A DNA stretch of 64,000 nucleotides from Octopus vulgaris. Lineage: Eukaryota. This document shows positions 14,330 to 28,467 of the stretch, in pieces (position 1 is the stretch's first letter; the number at the start of each line of letters is the position of its first letter). Both the position numbers and the translations under genes were made by a program. Where the stretch lies: contig OX597818.1 in assembly GCA_951406725.2 (NCBI GenBank), positions 5,952,001 to 6,016,000 on the forward strand, given 5' to 3'. The notes under the pieces were generated by a model. It saw nothing but the letters and a program-made list of their open reading frames with translations, did no database searches and was not told where the DNA came from.

Positions 14330-15270
14330 GTATTCTGCGTAATAATGAATGATAATAGAGAAATTAGAATGCAAAAGTTGCTTTTTATCATACTGGGCTT
14401 ATGGAACTTCATGAAGGTTGAAGAAATTTAGGAGTACATAAAAGAATTGTATCCGACTATTTATTTAATAAACCTGAACTACACGATCTAAGAATAGTGT
14501 AAGATTCCTTAATGCACAAATTACATTTATCCAAGTAGCGTTATAGGGGAGGGCATTGGCTATTATAGACCGCAATCTTTTCAAATTAATATTACTATAT
14601 CTTAGATTATGTATATAGGCGGCGAGAGTTGTTGAATTTTGATGTTAAAATTTGGTAAAAGAATTTAAATGAGTTCTATATTTTTTTATGTCTATAGTAC
14701 TACTTATATAAGTTCTAGCAATGTATTTATGTGACATTACGGTGCATACATATACCACATTTTTGCGGTAGAAAAATCCTGCAAGCGGACATGAATCGGT
14801 GTCTCTACAATTACATATGTTCCCTGTTTTATAGCTGCTATTACTCCCTTTTGGGGAAATGGATTTACTTGATTTAAAGCTATTCATATATGAGAATCAT
14901 TCTTAAATGATATTGAATTATATGTATTTGCTGTTCCGGGTATATTTATGTTATTGTTATCCACATTTATACCAGTGTTTGAAGTTTTAATTGTTTGACA
15001 TTGGATTTACTATTATCTATAGATGCAATAATTGATCCCAAATTTGGCAGCGTAGAATAAGACTATTTTATATTGGATAATATTTGTGATGTTCTGGAAA
15101 ATTATATCGTATGAATTTGTATAATAGCTTAGGTAGATTTTTAACATCAAAGGGGTATGGTAGAGCAAACCAAGTTACTTCGTGCTTTCTGGATTTAGAT
15201 TTTTTAGACATATTGTTCTCGATTAAAGGATTTACGTTTATTGTTGGGTCCCATTTTATTAGATTCAATA
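14330..15270 (-). mobile_element. Degraded Penelope-like element C-terminus
   Basis: RKHEVTWFALPY...FPEHHKYY and CNCRDTDSCPLAG...VVYVCTV...YISST, typical of PLE thumb and GIY-YIG regions. Confidence 0.65.
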
Positions 15271-16574
15271 TGATTATCTAAAGGCTTAATTTTACTTATA
15301 TTTTCCATTGAGGCATGCATTTTATTTGAGTCAAATTTAGAATTAGAGTAAGTATTTTTTCATTTACTATTATCAATCGTGTTTTGTTTCATTTTGTTGG
15401 CGTTTAGTGTATGAAGAATTTAAATATTTAATTGTATTAGTTACACAGTGATTTCATGTTGTATATATGTACCTTAGCAGTACAAATTGGTTTCTGCGTG
15501 TTTGTTACCTTGTGCGTTTATTAATCAATTACTTTTGTGGTGGGTCTTAATTATTGACAAAGAAAGTACACAGGTAGTAATTTACAAAACAAGCGTTTAT
15601 TAGATATGGTCGATTTTAATTATGTGCTAGTACTTTATTTCGTCGAATTCGAAATATGGTAAACTAAAATTGATCTCAACGGGATTCGAATTCAACCGAA
15701 ACAAATAAGGCAAATCATATTTACCCATAATCTACTGATTTTACCAAAGTTCTGCCGTAGTTCAGTCGATATTAAGCAATAATTTTGTTTTAGAAATATT
15801 TGCGCAGTATACTGTTTCTATTCTGTGCATGTATGTGCGCGTATGTGTATTGTTTCGGTGCATGTCTGCTTAGAGTATGTGGAAGATCCGGCCAAACTAC
15901 ACTGAAAATAATCTAGTGTAAATTTGAAATACTTCAAATAGTTGGAATAATTTGAACAAGCGTTCCATGTGGACCTGGAACTCGGTTGTATAAAATAAAA
16001 TTTGTTAGGCGAAATACATGCACATCTGAGTTCAAATCATTCAGGTCGAAATCACTGATGTGTGAATAAATTTCAGTGAATGAATTTTCAAGAAATTCTG
16101 CCGATTATGTAAATGTGTGTGTGTATGTGCAAATTATGTTACTTTCAACAGTCGGAGTTAATAAAAGGATATTCATAAAATCTAAACCAGATTTAATTTT
16201 TTCCAACTTGAACAATTTCAGAATGTCTACACTGACGCAGTTTTGCATACTGATGACGAAAATGGTAAACTTCTTTATTAGTAATTTCAGGAAAATTTCT
16301 ATGCAATTTCTGTCATCAAAATGCAAAAATACATCCAAACTACATTGAAAACAATCTGGTGTAAATTTGAAATGCTTCAAATGGTTGGAAGAATTTTAAC
16401 AAGAGACAACTAGATTTCTAATCGTAATGTCGGAAATGGACTGGTAAGTTCAGCGAGAAGAGTATTTTATTTTAAAACGTTCATTTTACAAGCAAAAATA
16501 TAGTCAATGTTTGCGTTTTATTTCAGTTATTTTTATTACTATCAGTCAACAATTTAAGTGCACACAAACACTCA

Positions 16575-16622
<48 letters not shown>

Positions 16623-18096
16623 CACATATATGTCTATATATTTACATAGATATGCACTCACATATATATATGCCTGTGTATCGGTGTCTGTGTATGTTAT
16701 ATGCATATACGCATATACTTGCTGTAATTGTTTAGAGTTTATATGTTTATAAAAAACGTTCCAGCGTATATTCATCTCATACTGATTTTTTTTTTACTTT
16801 CATGTCTATCTGTTACTGAATGCTTTCTTTCGTTCGTATTCCTCACATTACTTCTTAACATTGAGCAGCATGTTTACGTTGTCTAGTACCACTCAGGCTA
16901 TTTTCATCATCTACTCCCGGTTTTCCTAATATCTCCCTTTATTCTTTTCGTGATTTGAATGTGAATCTGCATGCCGAAACTGTCCGTTCTCTTGCTTTAG
17001 TGAAAATCTCTATGGAAATTATTCTCATCGTATTCAATTATATTTTTGTATTATCATATTCCCTCGAATCTCTGATATGTTAAACCTTTTTTTGTCAAGT
17101 AGCCAGAATTTTTTCTTTGAATGCAACCTATTTATCCCTGTTGTTTCATAATCAATTCAAAAAATAGCCTCATTTTATGTCTTTACGATAACTGTCACTC
17201 GTACCATATCTAAAAGAGGGGATTTGTTCATAGAATTGTTTGTTATACTTTTAATTAAAAAATAACAGTTAAAGATTATGTAGAAGAAATAACTGAAAAA
17301 GGAGTGTTTTCCGTCATTAGTGCAAATACTTTGTGTTGATACTTTGAAGATTTCATGTGCCCAGCATTTCTTTCATTACTCGTAAACATGTGTAAATAGA
17401 TATATAAAGCAGTGCGTCCACATCAACATTCTAGGAAATAAATATTGTGGAGCTAAAACAAAACAGTACTAGTTATTTTTCTCTAGAATTGCCGGAAAGA
17501 AGGGAGTATTACATATGTATGAAAATCAGTCATACACTAGTAAAGAGAAAAAATATAAAACAAGAAACAAAACGTTTGAATATTAACAACCAACTGGCGA
17601 AAACAAGGAACCCAGCACATATTTTGCAATAGGATTCAGATAAAATTAATCTGTCCCCTATATTTATCCAAAGGAAAATCCAATGACGCTTTTAAACATG
17701 GATTCCTTTGATATCTAGATCACACTAGAGTTATTCGACATTTCTGCACAGATGCACAATAACTGGGTATTGAACAAATGTGTGCATGAAGGAGTCATGC
17801 TGTTAACGGAACGTCTGTGTATATAGTGTTTAGTCCGAATATATATCAGCATTTTTCTGTTAGCATTATCACACCAGAGATTTCCGGACGTTTTTCATAG
17901 ATGTGAAGGTAAACTTCCTTCGGGAAAAACAGTTCAGTTTCTCCTCTTCCACCGAGAATATCACTGCTCGCCACTCATACCAGCTTCCTCAAAGTATAAA
18001 ATCTACTTAAGTTATTACAAATGTTAGAGAAACTCGCTTCATTGAAGAAAGGAAAATGTCAACAAATTACTGAACGAAGATGGCCAATCTGTTACC

Positions 18097-18283
18097 ATTG
18101 GGTTGTCTGGAAAGTTCGTGCCAATTTTTAAAGTAAAGAAAAAGGTCGATAAATACTTGCCATTACATCTTTAATCAACCGAATATGAACCACTTTGTTG
18201 GACAATGTGTCTCTATCTTTCCTTTAACTTGAAAATACCCTCTTCCCAGAATTGAGGTGGTCTCGTGGCAAATAATTCATTTT
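18097..18283 (-). mobile_element. Mariner 3' end with TIR
   Basis: TIR-like ATTGGGTTGTCTGGAAAGTTCGTGCC; minus strand reads NELFATRPPQFWEEGIFKLKER*RHIVQQSGSYSVD* (mariner C-terminus). Confidence 0.7.
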
Positions 18284-19192
18284 TTTATCCTGTCATCTCT
18301 TTTTTTATATACAGTATAGTTCCAATAATCCTTTATACTTAAACCCTGAGTAATACTTGTGTGTTGGAACCTGGTCTTCAAAAATAACAAATCGTGTCAT
18401 CAAACCCAGTCATCAAAAATATATAATTGTAGTTTTCAGCAACCTCAATACCTGCTGACTTCTTTTTGGCTTTACCAATAAAGTTTATGAATGCTGTGTT
18501 ATATTTTAAAGTTTCTATATAACTCAACTATAAACAAATTTGTCTTCACAATATTCAAATCTTTTGTGTAAATACTTGAAATTGACATACTACAGATCAC
18601 TTTGGGCTAAACCATTTAAATAACATTGCAGCGAGTTCTGAAAATTCTTTTTGCCACACATATCAACACCTCTGCTTGTCTCTGAATCATCCATAAATTA
18701 TAGTTAATTTGTTCTTTGTTTCTTAATACCATAACACAAAAAGTGTCAGCTATAAGATTTACTGCAACATCTCGGTCAAGTGTAAACCTTATACCAACGG
18801 CAGTGGTAAGTGAGGTCTTTGTGATATGGAAAGATAGCTCATCTGGAAATGTTCCTTAGACACCTCTACATGTCTAAATTCAAGAACGGAACTTTTTGAA
18901 TCATGTTCCCATATGACAAAATACTTGTTACGGTTTTGTTCCCCCTCCTCAAGATCACGGATAGAACCTACATTTATATTATGTTTTCGTACAAACCTTC
19001 CATATGTCTTAACATTTTTTATTGTTTTATATATATATAGTTTTATATTTTTTTCACGTTTTCCTTTTTTAATTGCGTGATTGTATGCGTGCGTGAGTAT
19101 ATGTATATGTATGTATATATTAAATGTGTATGTGTATATGTGTGAGTATTTTTGATATGAATAAACGTCTAATATATTTGTAAGCATACAGC

Positions 19193-19233
<41 letters not shown>

Positions 19234-19570
19234 GTAGAGATGTGTATATGATCACGTAAATGCACGTATATGTTTTGTGTGTGTACGGGCATACTTATAT
19301 ATATGTTTTAGTGTGTACGTATGTAGACGTTACGAACACAGAAGGTTTAATAAGTATTGTGAAAATATGGTTGCATGTATGTTTTATAATTTTTATTTTT
19401 CATTTTTTATCTTTTATAATTTTTCCTGTCTATTAGAGTAACTTCCTTTTTATTCAACGGTTTTTTTCATAGCGTGTATTGTCAAAATAGCTCTTACCTC
19501 TTAGCTTTGGCATTTGAAACTCTGAGTCCTATTATGACAACTTACTTATTGTCCTATGCTATACATACAT

Positions 19571-19621
<51 letters not shown>

Positions 19622-21136
19622 GTGCTCAAGGTGGCTTCGTCATTCATAGGTGCCATCCTTGCTACATTCACCCATCTTTTTTTGAAACATTCTCTAGACA
19701 AAACTTGCCTCTCTAATCTCACTTTACTTTTCAAGTGATACTTGAAGAAGTTGGTGACAGATTGACCAGAGAGGAAAGTGTTTGTCTCCAATCCCTTGAG
19801 ACGCGTCCACCAGATACAGTCTTTCGTCATAGCCTCAAGAATGATGAAAGTAACTCTTCCTTTCCGTTTGAAGGAAGGAGGCGTGGCAATATTGACGATA
19901 GACTCGGCTGATAAACCGACTAGTCCCACACGTGACAGCAGTCGTTCGACATAAGCCCACAGGTCGGAAATTGTGGGACACTGCACGAGTGCGTGCAAAA
20001 CGGTTTCGTCGCTCTGACCGTATCTCGGGCAGGTCACCCCGTGTTACTCGAGCTGTGCCTGTAGAGCTTATCCCAAACGGGTAGCGCTCCTCGGTAGCAC
20101 TGCCAGCCCAGGGATCTCTGGAAGTTGTCCATTGGTCCTGGCCCGAAAGTCGTCCTGAACAGGCGCGTCAGGTATTTCTCGACGACGTCCAGGTTCGCTC
20201 CGAGCTCGTCGTCGTACCTCCACCCCCACTAATCTCCTATAGAATGGTTTTGTTGTGTTGAAGTCGCTCAAGGTCGACCCAGGACGGCATAGGTGCTTGA
20301 GAGCAACCCGACATTCGCGGTGTCATTCGCCCTTGCTCTGCCTCTTTTTGATCCACGACTGCAGTTCGGTCATGAAGACGAGTTGCGGGAAAGAGTGCCT
20401 CACAAACGGCGACCACACCTGTTCACTCTCGTCTACGTAGAGCTGGAGATGTCGCAGTCTCAGCGTGTGTCCTCCTTTTAACGGGTGTTGACAGCAAATG
20501 GATCACCTGACCATCGGGACGCATCCTTTCCACAGGAAGCGGAAGAGAATGCGTTCTAGTTTGGTAATGGTAGGGTCGAGACAAGGCACGGCGGTCAGGC
20601 GGTAGTAGATGACGGACGCGATGTACGTGTTCGCCACCTCCGCCCGACCATTTAGGGACAGTTTCCTCTCGGCCCATTGCCGAGCGAGAGTGACCAGCCT
20701 ACTCGTTATCTCGTTGCAGTTCTTCTCCATTTGGAGGTCCGGACCAAACCAGAATCCGAGCAATTCGACCGGACCGTCGGTCCAGCATCCTTCGACTGAG
20801 GCGCTGGTGGAGGGCATGGGCTTGCTTCTCCAGGTGCCGAGCCGCAACAAATGTGTTAAAATGTGACATTATTTACCGAGGTTACCGTGGTCTTTTCCGT
20901 AGGCTTTTCTTTCCACAGATAAACCTTATCTACTTCTCCCTTTACACTTTACATCATGACATTTCTGTGATACACGATCCCTATTAATGGTTTTTTCTTT
21001 TTTTTTCCTTTTTTATTTCCCTTTTACGGTCCCTTTTTATCGAAAACCTACCCCACTTTTTTTCTCCCCGAAAAGAAAGGCTCTACTTTGTAATCTGCCC
21101 CATCTGTGTGCATCCCTGTGTGGCTAATAAAGAAAC
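19622..21136. mobile_element. 5'-truncated, 5'-inverted L1/Tx1-like LINE in (TA)n
   Basis: 19622-20848 minus: ORF2 C-terminus (LLGFWFGPD, RKLSLNGRAEVAN, CPR...ETVLHALVQC); 20849-21136 plus: T-rich 3' UTR ending in AATAAA, similar to the LINE end at 41850-41886. Confidence 0.75.
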
Positions 21137-21181
<45 letters not shown>

Positions 21182-21218
21182 CATATATACATATATACAT
21201 ATATATATATATATCTGT

Positions 21219-21304
<86 letters not shown>

Positions 21305-22585
21305 TACCAGAGATACTCGTCGTTGCCCGTGTTAAATGCGATTGAAGAATTAGACTTTTCTGTTGTATTTTCTGTAATGAACTGGAATATGTATGTTTCG
21401 TATTTCATCAAAATTGCAGATGAGGGCTATTTCCCGCTACCCCCCCCCCCAACAAAAAAAAGATTGTAATCATCCCACATGTATCGTATACTACCGATTT
21501 TTATGCGCATATTCCAAAATTCCAGTCTTATTGAACCTGTTAAAAAGATTAGGTCATGGAGCTCTAAAATGTGAGAGTTAAGGCCGCTGTTGTGGGTGGG
21601 CATCTTAATATCAACCGGAGAAGTTGAATTGTTGAGAATTTTTAAACTTGGGTCTTGTATCTATTATTTGAATTTCTTTGAAATAGGAAATATACGGAAA
21701 CCAAAGGAAACCAAAAGACGAATGATCACAACAAGCAGTCAGCTACCCTACCCTAGACGTGACCACTCCCAATGTAGGATTCCTCATCATTCAGGTCACA
21801 GGCACAGCCGTAAGATGCATTACGAATCTATAGCAATTTGAAGGGCGTGACCCAACTGAAATAAACATTAACAACTGGGTGACGTGAGGGCTAAGGAGAA
21901 ATGAAATTGTCACCTCTGGAGTTTGCAAATGACCACTATACTGATACGTAACTGGACAGAATAAATTTCCAATCTATAAATGTTTTTGAATAACCAGCCA
22001 CTCATATGGGAAGGCCTTGAAATCAATGTTACCATCTAGGGACTATTTCAGACCCAGTGATAATACAAAGACTGAAAGAAGGTCTGCAATCAAATAAATT
22101 TACTGAACACTTTGCAACTGAATCAGTGGAGGCAAAGATGCCTCTCATTTACTTGACAATTTATGCACCACATTGCAGATATCACAATGTAAGTGTATGT
22201 CAAAGCAAACTGTTACACTGTTGTACCATTGAATTACAAATAATGCTCATCTTTTATGCTCGGGTAACCCTACTTCTTCCAAGAGCACAACTGTATTCGT
22301 TTTTGCTTAGATAAAGTGACAACATTTTGGGTATTAAGTCCTCATGGAGGGGTCTTTGTAACTTTGTAAGAAGATGAAATTTTAATATCTATGATTAAAA
22401 TTTCATCAACAGCAAAAATATATGAATTGTCATGGTGGTTATGGCTCTTATGCATAGAATATAATTTCCAAATTTCCAAAAGATCCATTCAGTACTTTTG
22501 ACCTAATTTTGGATCATAAAAGAAATTACTAAAATTTGGAGAGTTAAGGCTCCCATTAAGGTACTCTCTCTCACTCTCTCTCTCA

Positions 22586-22706
<121 letters not shown>

Positions 22707-22964
22707 CATAGATATAGATATATGCACACACATACAAAGATAAATTGATAGATACAACTCAGTGGGCAAACAAAAATATGAGACACAGCCTAGTGCTTTT
22801 TTATGTTGATAAGCCTGGTACTTATTCTATTAGTTTGTTCTTGTGAAACCAGTAAGTTATGTGGAAGTAAATAAATGGACAGCAGTTGTGAAGCAGTGAT
22901 CAGGGCGAAACACAGAGAGAAAGACACACACATACACTTACATATATATACATACATATATATC

Positions 22965-23430
22965 CGATGCAATCTGTTGTCTATGTAGAATGCATCTGCG
23001 TCTGAGTGATAATCCTGTTGATCCCACGTAGTTTTGGTGGCAGCCCGAGCAGATTGCATTCCCAGAATACAGAATGATACCCTTTAGTGAACATATTGAG
23101 AAACGCGCAAAGCAACTACTACCACAATGTTTAATCATTCCATTCTATCAATGTGCTATTGGAAGTCTAACACAAATTAGATTAAACAGGGACAAATTCT
23201 TCATTGAAAAATATAAGTCTGAACTTAACCATCCTAACATTCTTATACAAAGAAATTCATCTGATTAAAATGAGGAAAAGAAATATAAAGCGATTATCTC
23301 CAAGGTACCGGAAGAAATCTCTTATTACCTCCCCCTACCTGGAACTCTTCTTTGCACTTTATAACGAAGACATGACACGATGTAGTTAAAGACATTTGAA
23401 AAGTTAACACGAAACCGGTAATTTCTCCAA
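22965..23430. mobile_element. Short Neptune-like PLE insertion with 5' inversion
   Basis: Minus 22965-23054 ICSGCHQNYVGSTG..RRRCILHRQQIA; plus 23050-23230 QIAFPEYRMIPFSEH..IIPFYQ..FIEKYKSELN; both homologous to the GIY-YIG domain at 32150-32420. Confidence 0.75.
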
Positions 23431-23572
23431 ACCTATGTTACTATATGCAAAATTTCATAACATTTTTCTAACATAACGACTTAAATATATACTTTAACTT
23501 TATAAAACAAGCCTTCTGTAGTTTTTTCACTCTTTTCTATTTTCTATTTGCTTTCACACAGCAACTTTCTCA

Positions 23573-23639
<67 letters not shown>

Positions 23640-23706
23640 TAAGATAAAAGAAAGAAAGAGACCTCAATATTATGTAAATAGAGGAAATTTATCTATAAAA
23701 TAATAA

Positions 23707-23855
23707 GTTACAATTACTCAATAGTCAAGATAAAACTCTGAGTTTCAGATACCGAAGTGGAAATCCACAACACATAACCGAAGAGATGGTGTTGTGGATT
23801 TCCACTTTGGCATCTGAAACTCAGAGTTTTATCTTGACTATTGAGTAATTGTAAC
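23707..23855. repeat. Near-perfect foldback: 67-bp arms and 15-nt spacer between (TA)n tracts
   Basis: 23707-23773 is the reverse complement of 23789-23855 with 2 mismatches. Confidence 0.9.
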
Positions 23856-23863
23856 ATATTGTT

Positions 23864-23907
<44 letters not shown>

Positions 23908-23909
<2 letters not shown>

Positions 23910-24332
23910 CTCTTTATACTCTTTTACTTGTTTCAGTCATTTGACTGCGGCCATGCTGGAGCACCGCCTTCAGTCGAGCAAATCGACCCCGGGAATTATT
24001 CTTTGTAAGCCCAGTACTTATTCTATCGGTCTCTTTTGCCGAACCGCTAAGTGACGGGGACGCAAACACACCAGCATCGGTTATCAAGCAATGCTAGGGG
24101 GACAGATACAGACACACAAACACACACAAAGATAAATTGATACATACAAATGATTGGGCAAATAAAAATATGAGACACTGCGTAGTGCTTTTTTTTATAT
24201 TTTGATAACCCTGGTACTTAGTCTATCAGTTTCTTCTTGTGAAACTAGTAAGTTATGGGGATGTGAATAAACGAACACTGTGAAGCAGTGATGAGGGATA
24301 AAGACAAAGACATGCACATAGACTTACAGATA

Positions 24333-24382
<50 letters not shown>

Positions 24383-24540
24383 TGATTTCTTTCAATTTCT
24401 GTCTACAAAATCCACTGACAAGGCTTTGGTTGGTCTGAGGCTATAGCAGAAGACACATGCCAAGTTACCACACAGTGGGACTGAACTGAGGACCATGTGT
24501 TTTGGAACCAAGTTTGTTACCACACAGCCACACCTGCCCC
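23908..24540 (-). mobile_element. SINE pieces: 3' half 23908-24125, older fragment 24183-24310, 5' half 24380-24540
   Basis: Alignable to the 6625-6996 copy. Confidence 0.7.
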
Positions 24541-24722
24541 TATATATATGTGTGTGGGTCTGTGTGTATGCATGTATGGGTATATATATGTATGCATGTA
24601 TATATGCGTATATATATTTGTACATATTACATGTACATCTCTATATATATATACATCTAGACATACATGTATGCATATACATGTATTCATATACAGCTAT
24701 ACATAAACATGTATGCATATAC

Positions 24723-24767
<45 letters not shown>

Positions 24768-25231
24768 CACATCCTTATATATATCTATATGTATACAGCT
24801 ATATATATACATGTAAATTTAAATTTAAAATAATGAGGGTAAGAAATTGAATATTAATTTGATTAATATGAATTGAAAACCAGTGGTGTAGCATATAAGA
24901 CCATAGCGGATCATCTAGCAAAATGGATGTCCACTTTTAATGGTTCATTCGTCTTATATAATAGTTTGATTTTAATAGTTTCCGTATTAAAGTGAAAGTG
25001 CCTGACATTACAATAGAGAGATGTTTTCGTTTCACTTTTAACTCGTAATACTGAAATAGTGGAGAAGATATGATATTGCTGTGAGCTCACACTAGGCAAG
25101 AAGTTAACATGTTTTGCCCATGACACTCCATGGACCCTAAATAATGCATGGGGAAAATTTGAATGAAATTGGTTGTGTAGTTCTCAAGTTTTAGGGATTC
25201 ACACAGACAGACAGACATACATTCTCAATTT

Positions 25232-25282
<51 letters not shown>

Positions 25283-25285
<3 letters not shown>

Positions 25286-25401
25286 CCTGCTCGCTTAACC
25301 AGCGGGGTGGCGTCATTTGGAGGCTAAAACAATGCGAAGCGCATTGTGACCAGCGATGTGTAGCAACATCTGAAAGCCTGGTCGGTCACGTGATCACGTG
25401 A
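25283..25401 (+). repeat. Short GC-rich interspersed-repeat-like segment ending in TCACGTGATCACGTGA, inserted in (TA)n
   Basis: Composition contrasts sharply with flanks; tandem CACGTGAT tail; (TA)n on both sides. Confidence 0.5.
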
Positions 25402-25405
25402 TATA

Positions 25406-25438
<33 letters not shown>

Positions 25439-25602
25439 GGGTGTGTGTGATTGTGTATAGAAGAATATATTAATAAAAAGAATTCCAACCTTGTCTGATT
25501 TTCACGTTTTATTTACAATCTTATAATGATATATTATAAGATAATATATTATAATTGAATAAAATAAAATGAAATAGTAGAATGTTAAATATTCATTCTG
25601 AT

Positions 25603-25647
25603 TGAACTAGTACTTTCATGCATTGAATTCTGCAATCTTCGGGTTCA
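25603..25647 (-). ncRNA. Hammerhead ribozyme, inverted pseudo-LTR copy
   Basis: Reverse complement of 28645-28689. Confidence 0.75.
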
Positions 25648-26141
25648 TGTAGTAGTGTTGACAGTCATGCTTCACAATTTTTGACTGTAGCAAGATGAGT
25701 GATTCTGTGCTATAAATACAGCTGGGTAGGCTCCAGAGTGCTAGGTTTTGCAAACTGTATTCTGACCAATCAGTGTGTAGTATCACTCAATTACTTAAGC
25801 TGATTGGTTGGTTGAGCTGATTGGTTTAGGCATCACGCTTTGTTGGACAGGTCAAGAGTCCTGTATCTTGACCCTGGCCGAAGCAGCAATTGTTGGGTTA
25901 TTTTTAGAAATGTTGTAAATATCCTTTGTCAGAGATTTTTATATTTTTATATTTCAATTGTCATCATCATCATTGTCAGCACCTTAATTATTGTTGCTAG
26001 TGGTGATGGTGGTGGCAATAGAACTTTTAACCCTAAATAAGATAATTTTCCTGCTATCTTCGTCTTGATCACCTTTAGTATTGTTGTTGTTGTTAGTGGT
26101 CATGGTCGTAGCAGTGGAAGTAATACCTCTAAGTATTATTA

Positions 26142-26450
26142 TTATTGCTTATTTAGCTTGGGTTCGAATTTATCAATAAAATTCTTTTCTCTGATTTTCC
26201 TCTCGATTTCACTTGGGCTGTGTAATTTATAGAATGGAAATATTATATATATTTTCCGACCACATGTTGCTAGGTGGTTACTCAAAGGTATCTGACGGAC
26301 CTCTGGGTCTCTAATCTGTTGCCGGTGTACACGTGAGCGTTCTAATAGTGCGTTTCCCGTCTGACCTACATATATTTCTTCACAATTTGGGCATTTGATG
26401 CAGTAAATTAAATTTCTGCTTTTGCAGTTCATATTCGCGTTTGTGAATAT
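26142..26450 (-). pseudogene. Inverted GIY-YIG fragment of the PLE
   Basis: Translation identical to the last ~102 aa of the RT-EN ORF. Confidence 0.9.
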
Positions 26451-28150
26451 CACTTACGGATAATGAAAAAGACTACATCACCAATTTTGAACCAAAACCC
26501 AGCAACTTCTACGGCTTACCAAAAATACACAAATCAAAAAACATTCAACAGGCAGTAAAAGAACAAGAAAGTGAGTACATAAAATTATTACATCCAAAAG
26601 ACCTAAAACTTAGACCTATTATAGCTGGTCCAGCATGCCCTACACACCGTCTAAGCAATTTTATTGACATTGTTTTGAAACCACTATGTACTTACATACC
26701 AAGTTTCATCAGGGATGACATCGACTTCCTGTCCCATCTTCCCAAAACAACAGAAACAAATTCAGTTTTGCTAAGTTTTGATGTGGTAAGCCTCTACACC
26801 AATATTCCACACGATTTAGGAATAAAGGCGATTAAATACTGGTTAGAAAAACATAGAGAAGTGATTCCCAGCAGATTCACAGTGCCATTTATATTAGACA
26901 CAGTCAAACTTATTCTAGAAAATAACACATTCTTCTTCAATGGAAAGAATTACATCCAAATTAGAGGCACGGCGATGGGAACGAGGTTTGCTCCCGTTTA
27001 CGCCAACTCTGTAATGGGATACTTAGAAGAACAACTCTACCAAGTGGTGGAGGTAAACTATGGCACTGGATTTAGAAAGTATATTGAAAAGGCATGGAAG
27101 AGATACCTAGACGACTGTTTCATAATCTGGACAGAATCTCTAAATACTCTGGAAGAGTTCAATATCCTCCTGAACAACCTACACCCATCTCTCAAATTTA
27201 CAAAGGAGATGAGTAGTACCAAATTACCATTCCTGGATATAATGGTAATTAAAAAAGACACCACCATCACCACAGATATATACTATAAACACACAGACAC
27301 ACATCAATACCTAAATTTTAAGTCGTGCCATCCACCACATACAAAACGTAACATCCCATACTGCCTAGCCAGAAGAATTTGTACTATTGTAGAAGATGCA
27401 AATATCAGGAACAAACGCCTAATAGAACTAAGAGAATTTTTGCTCAAACAAAAATACCCATCTCTACTTATAGAAAATGGCATACAGCGGGCTATAAAAA
27501 TACCTATACAACAACTTAGGACAACCCAAGGAAGAGGAAAACAAGAACAAGTCATACCATTCATAGTGACACACAACCCATGTCACCAGAATATCTTCAA
27601 CATTGCCAAAGCAAACCTTCCAATCATTGCCCAAAGTAATGAATTAAAAGACATAATCAAGGATCGAGCTATGGTGCTTAGTAAAAGACAGCCTAAAAAC
27701 TTGAAAACATTACTAACAAAGGCAAAATTTGACCTCAGCAACAAAGACCAAACATTCACGGTATCTAAATGCAATGATAGCCGATGTGGCACATGCCAAT
27801 TCATACATACCGGTCAATATATAAACACAAAAACCGGGAAAATATTCACAAACGCGAATATGAACTGCAAAAGCAGAAATTTAATTTACTGCATCAAATG
27901 CCCAAATTGTGAAGAAATATATGTAGGTCAGACGGGAAACGCACTATTAGAACGCTCACGTGTACACCGGCAACAGATTAGAGACCCAGAGGTCCGTCAG
28001 ATACCTTTGAGTAACCACCTAGCAACATGTGGTCGGAAAATATATATAATATTTCCATTCTATAAATTACACAGCCCAAGTGAAATCGAGAGGAAAATCA
28101 GAGAAAAGAATTTTATTGATAAATTCGAACCCAAGCTAAATAAGCAATAA
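26450..28150 (+). pseudogene. 5'-truncated tandem copy of PLE RT-GIY-YIG ORF
   Basis: Translation identical to the corresponding part of 30721-32421; lacks N-terminus and DKG motif. Confidence 0.9.
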
Positions 28151-28467
28151 TAATAATACTTAGAGGTATTACTTCCACTGCTACGACCATGACCACTAAC
28201 AACAACAACAATACTAAAGGTGATCAAGACGAAGATAGCAGGAAAATTATCTTATTTAGGGTTAAAAGTTCTATTGCCACCACCATCACCACTAGCAACA
28301 ATAATTAAGGTGCTGACAATGATGATGATGACAATTGAAATATAAAAATATAAAAATCTCTGACAAAGGATATTTACAACATTTCTAAAAATAACCCAAC
28401 AATTGCTGCTTCGGCCAGGGTCAAGATACAGGACTCTTGACCTGTCCAACAAAGCGTGATGCCTAAA

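Noticed and set aside
25140-25235. Helentron/Lep1-like non-autonomous end with (CAGA)n
   Set aside because: Resemblance is from general pattern only; no termini can be defined
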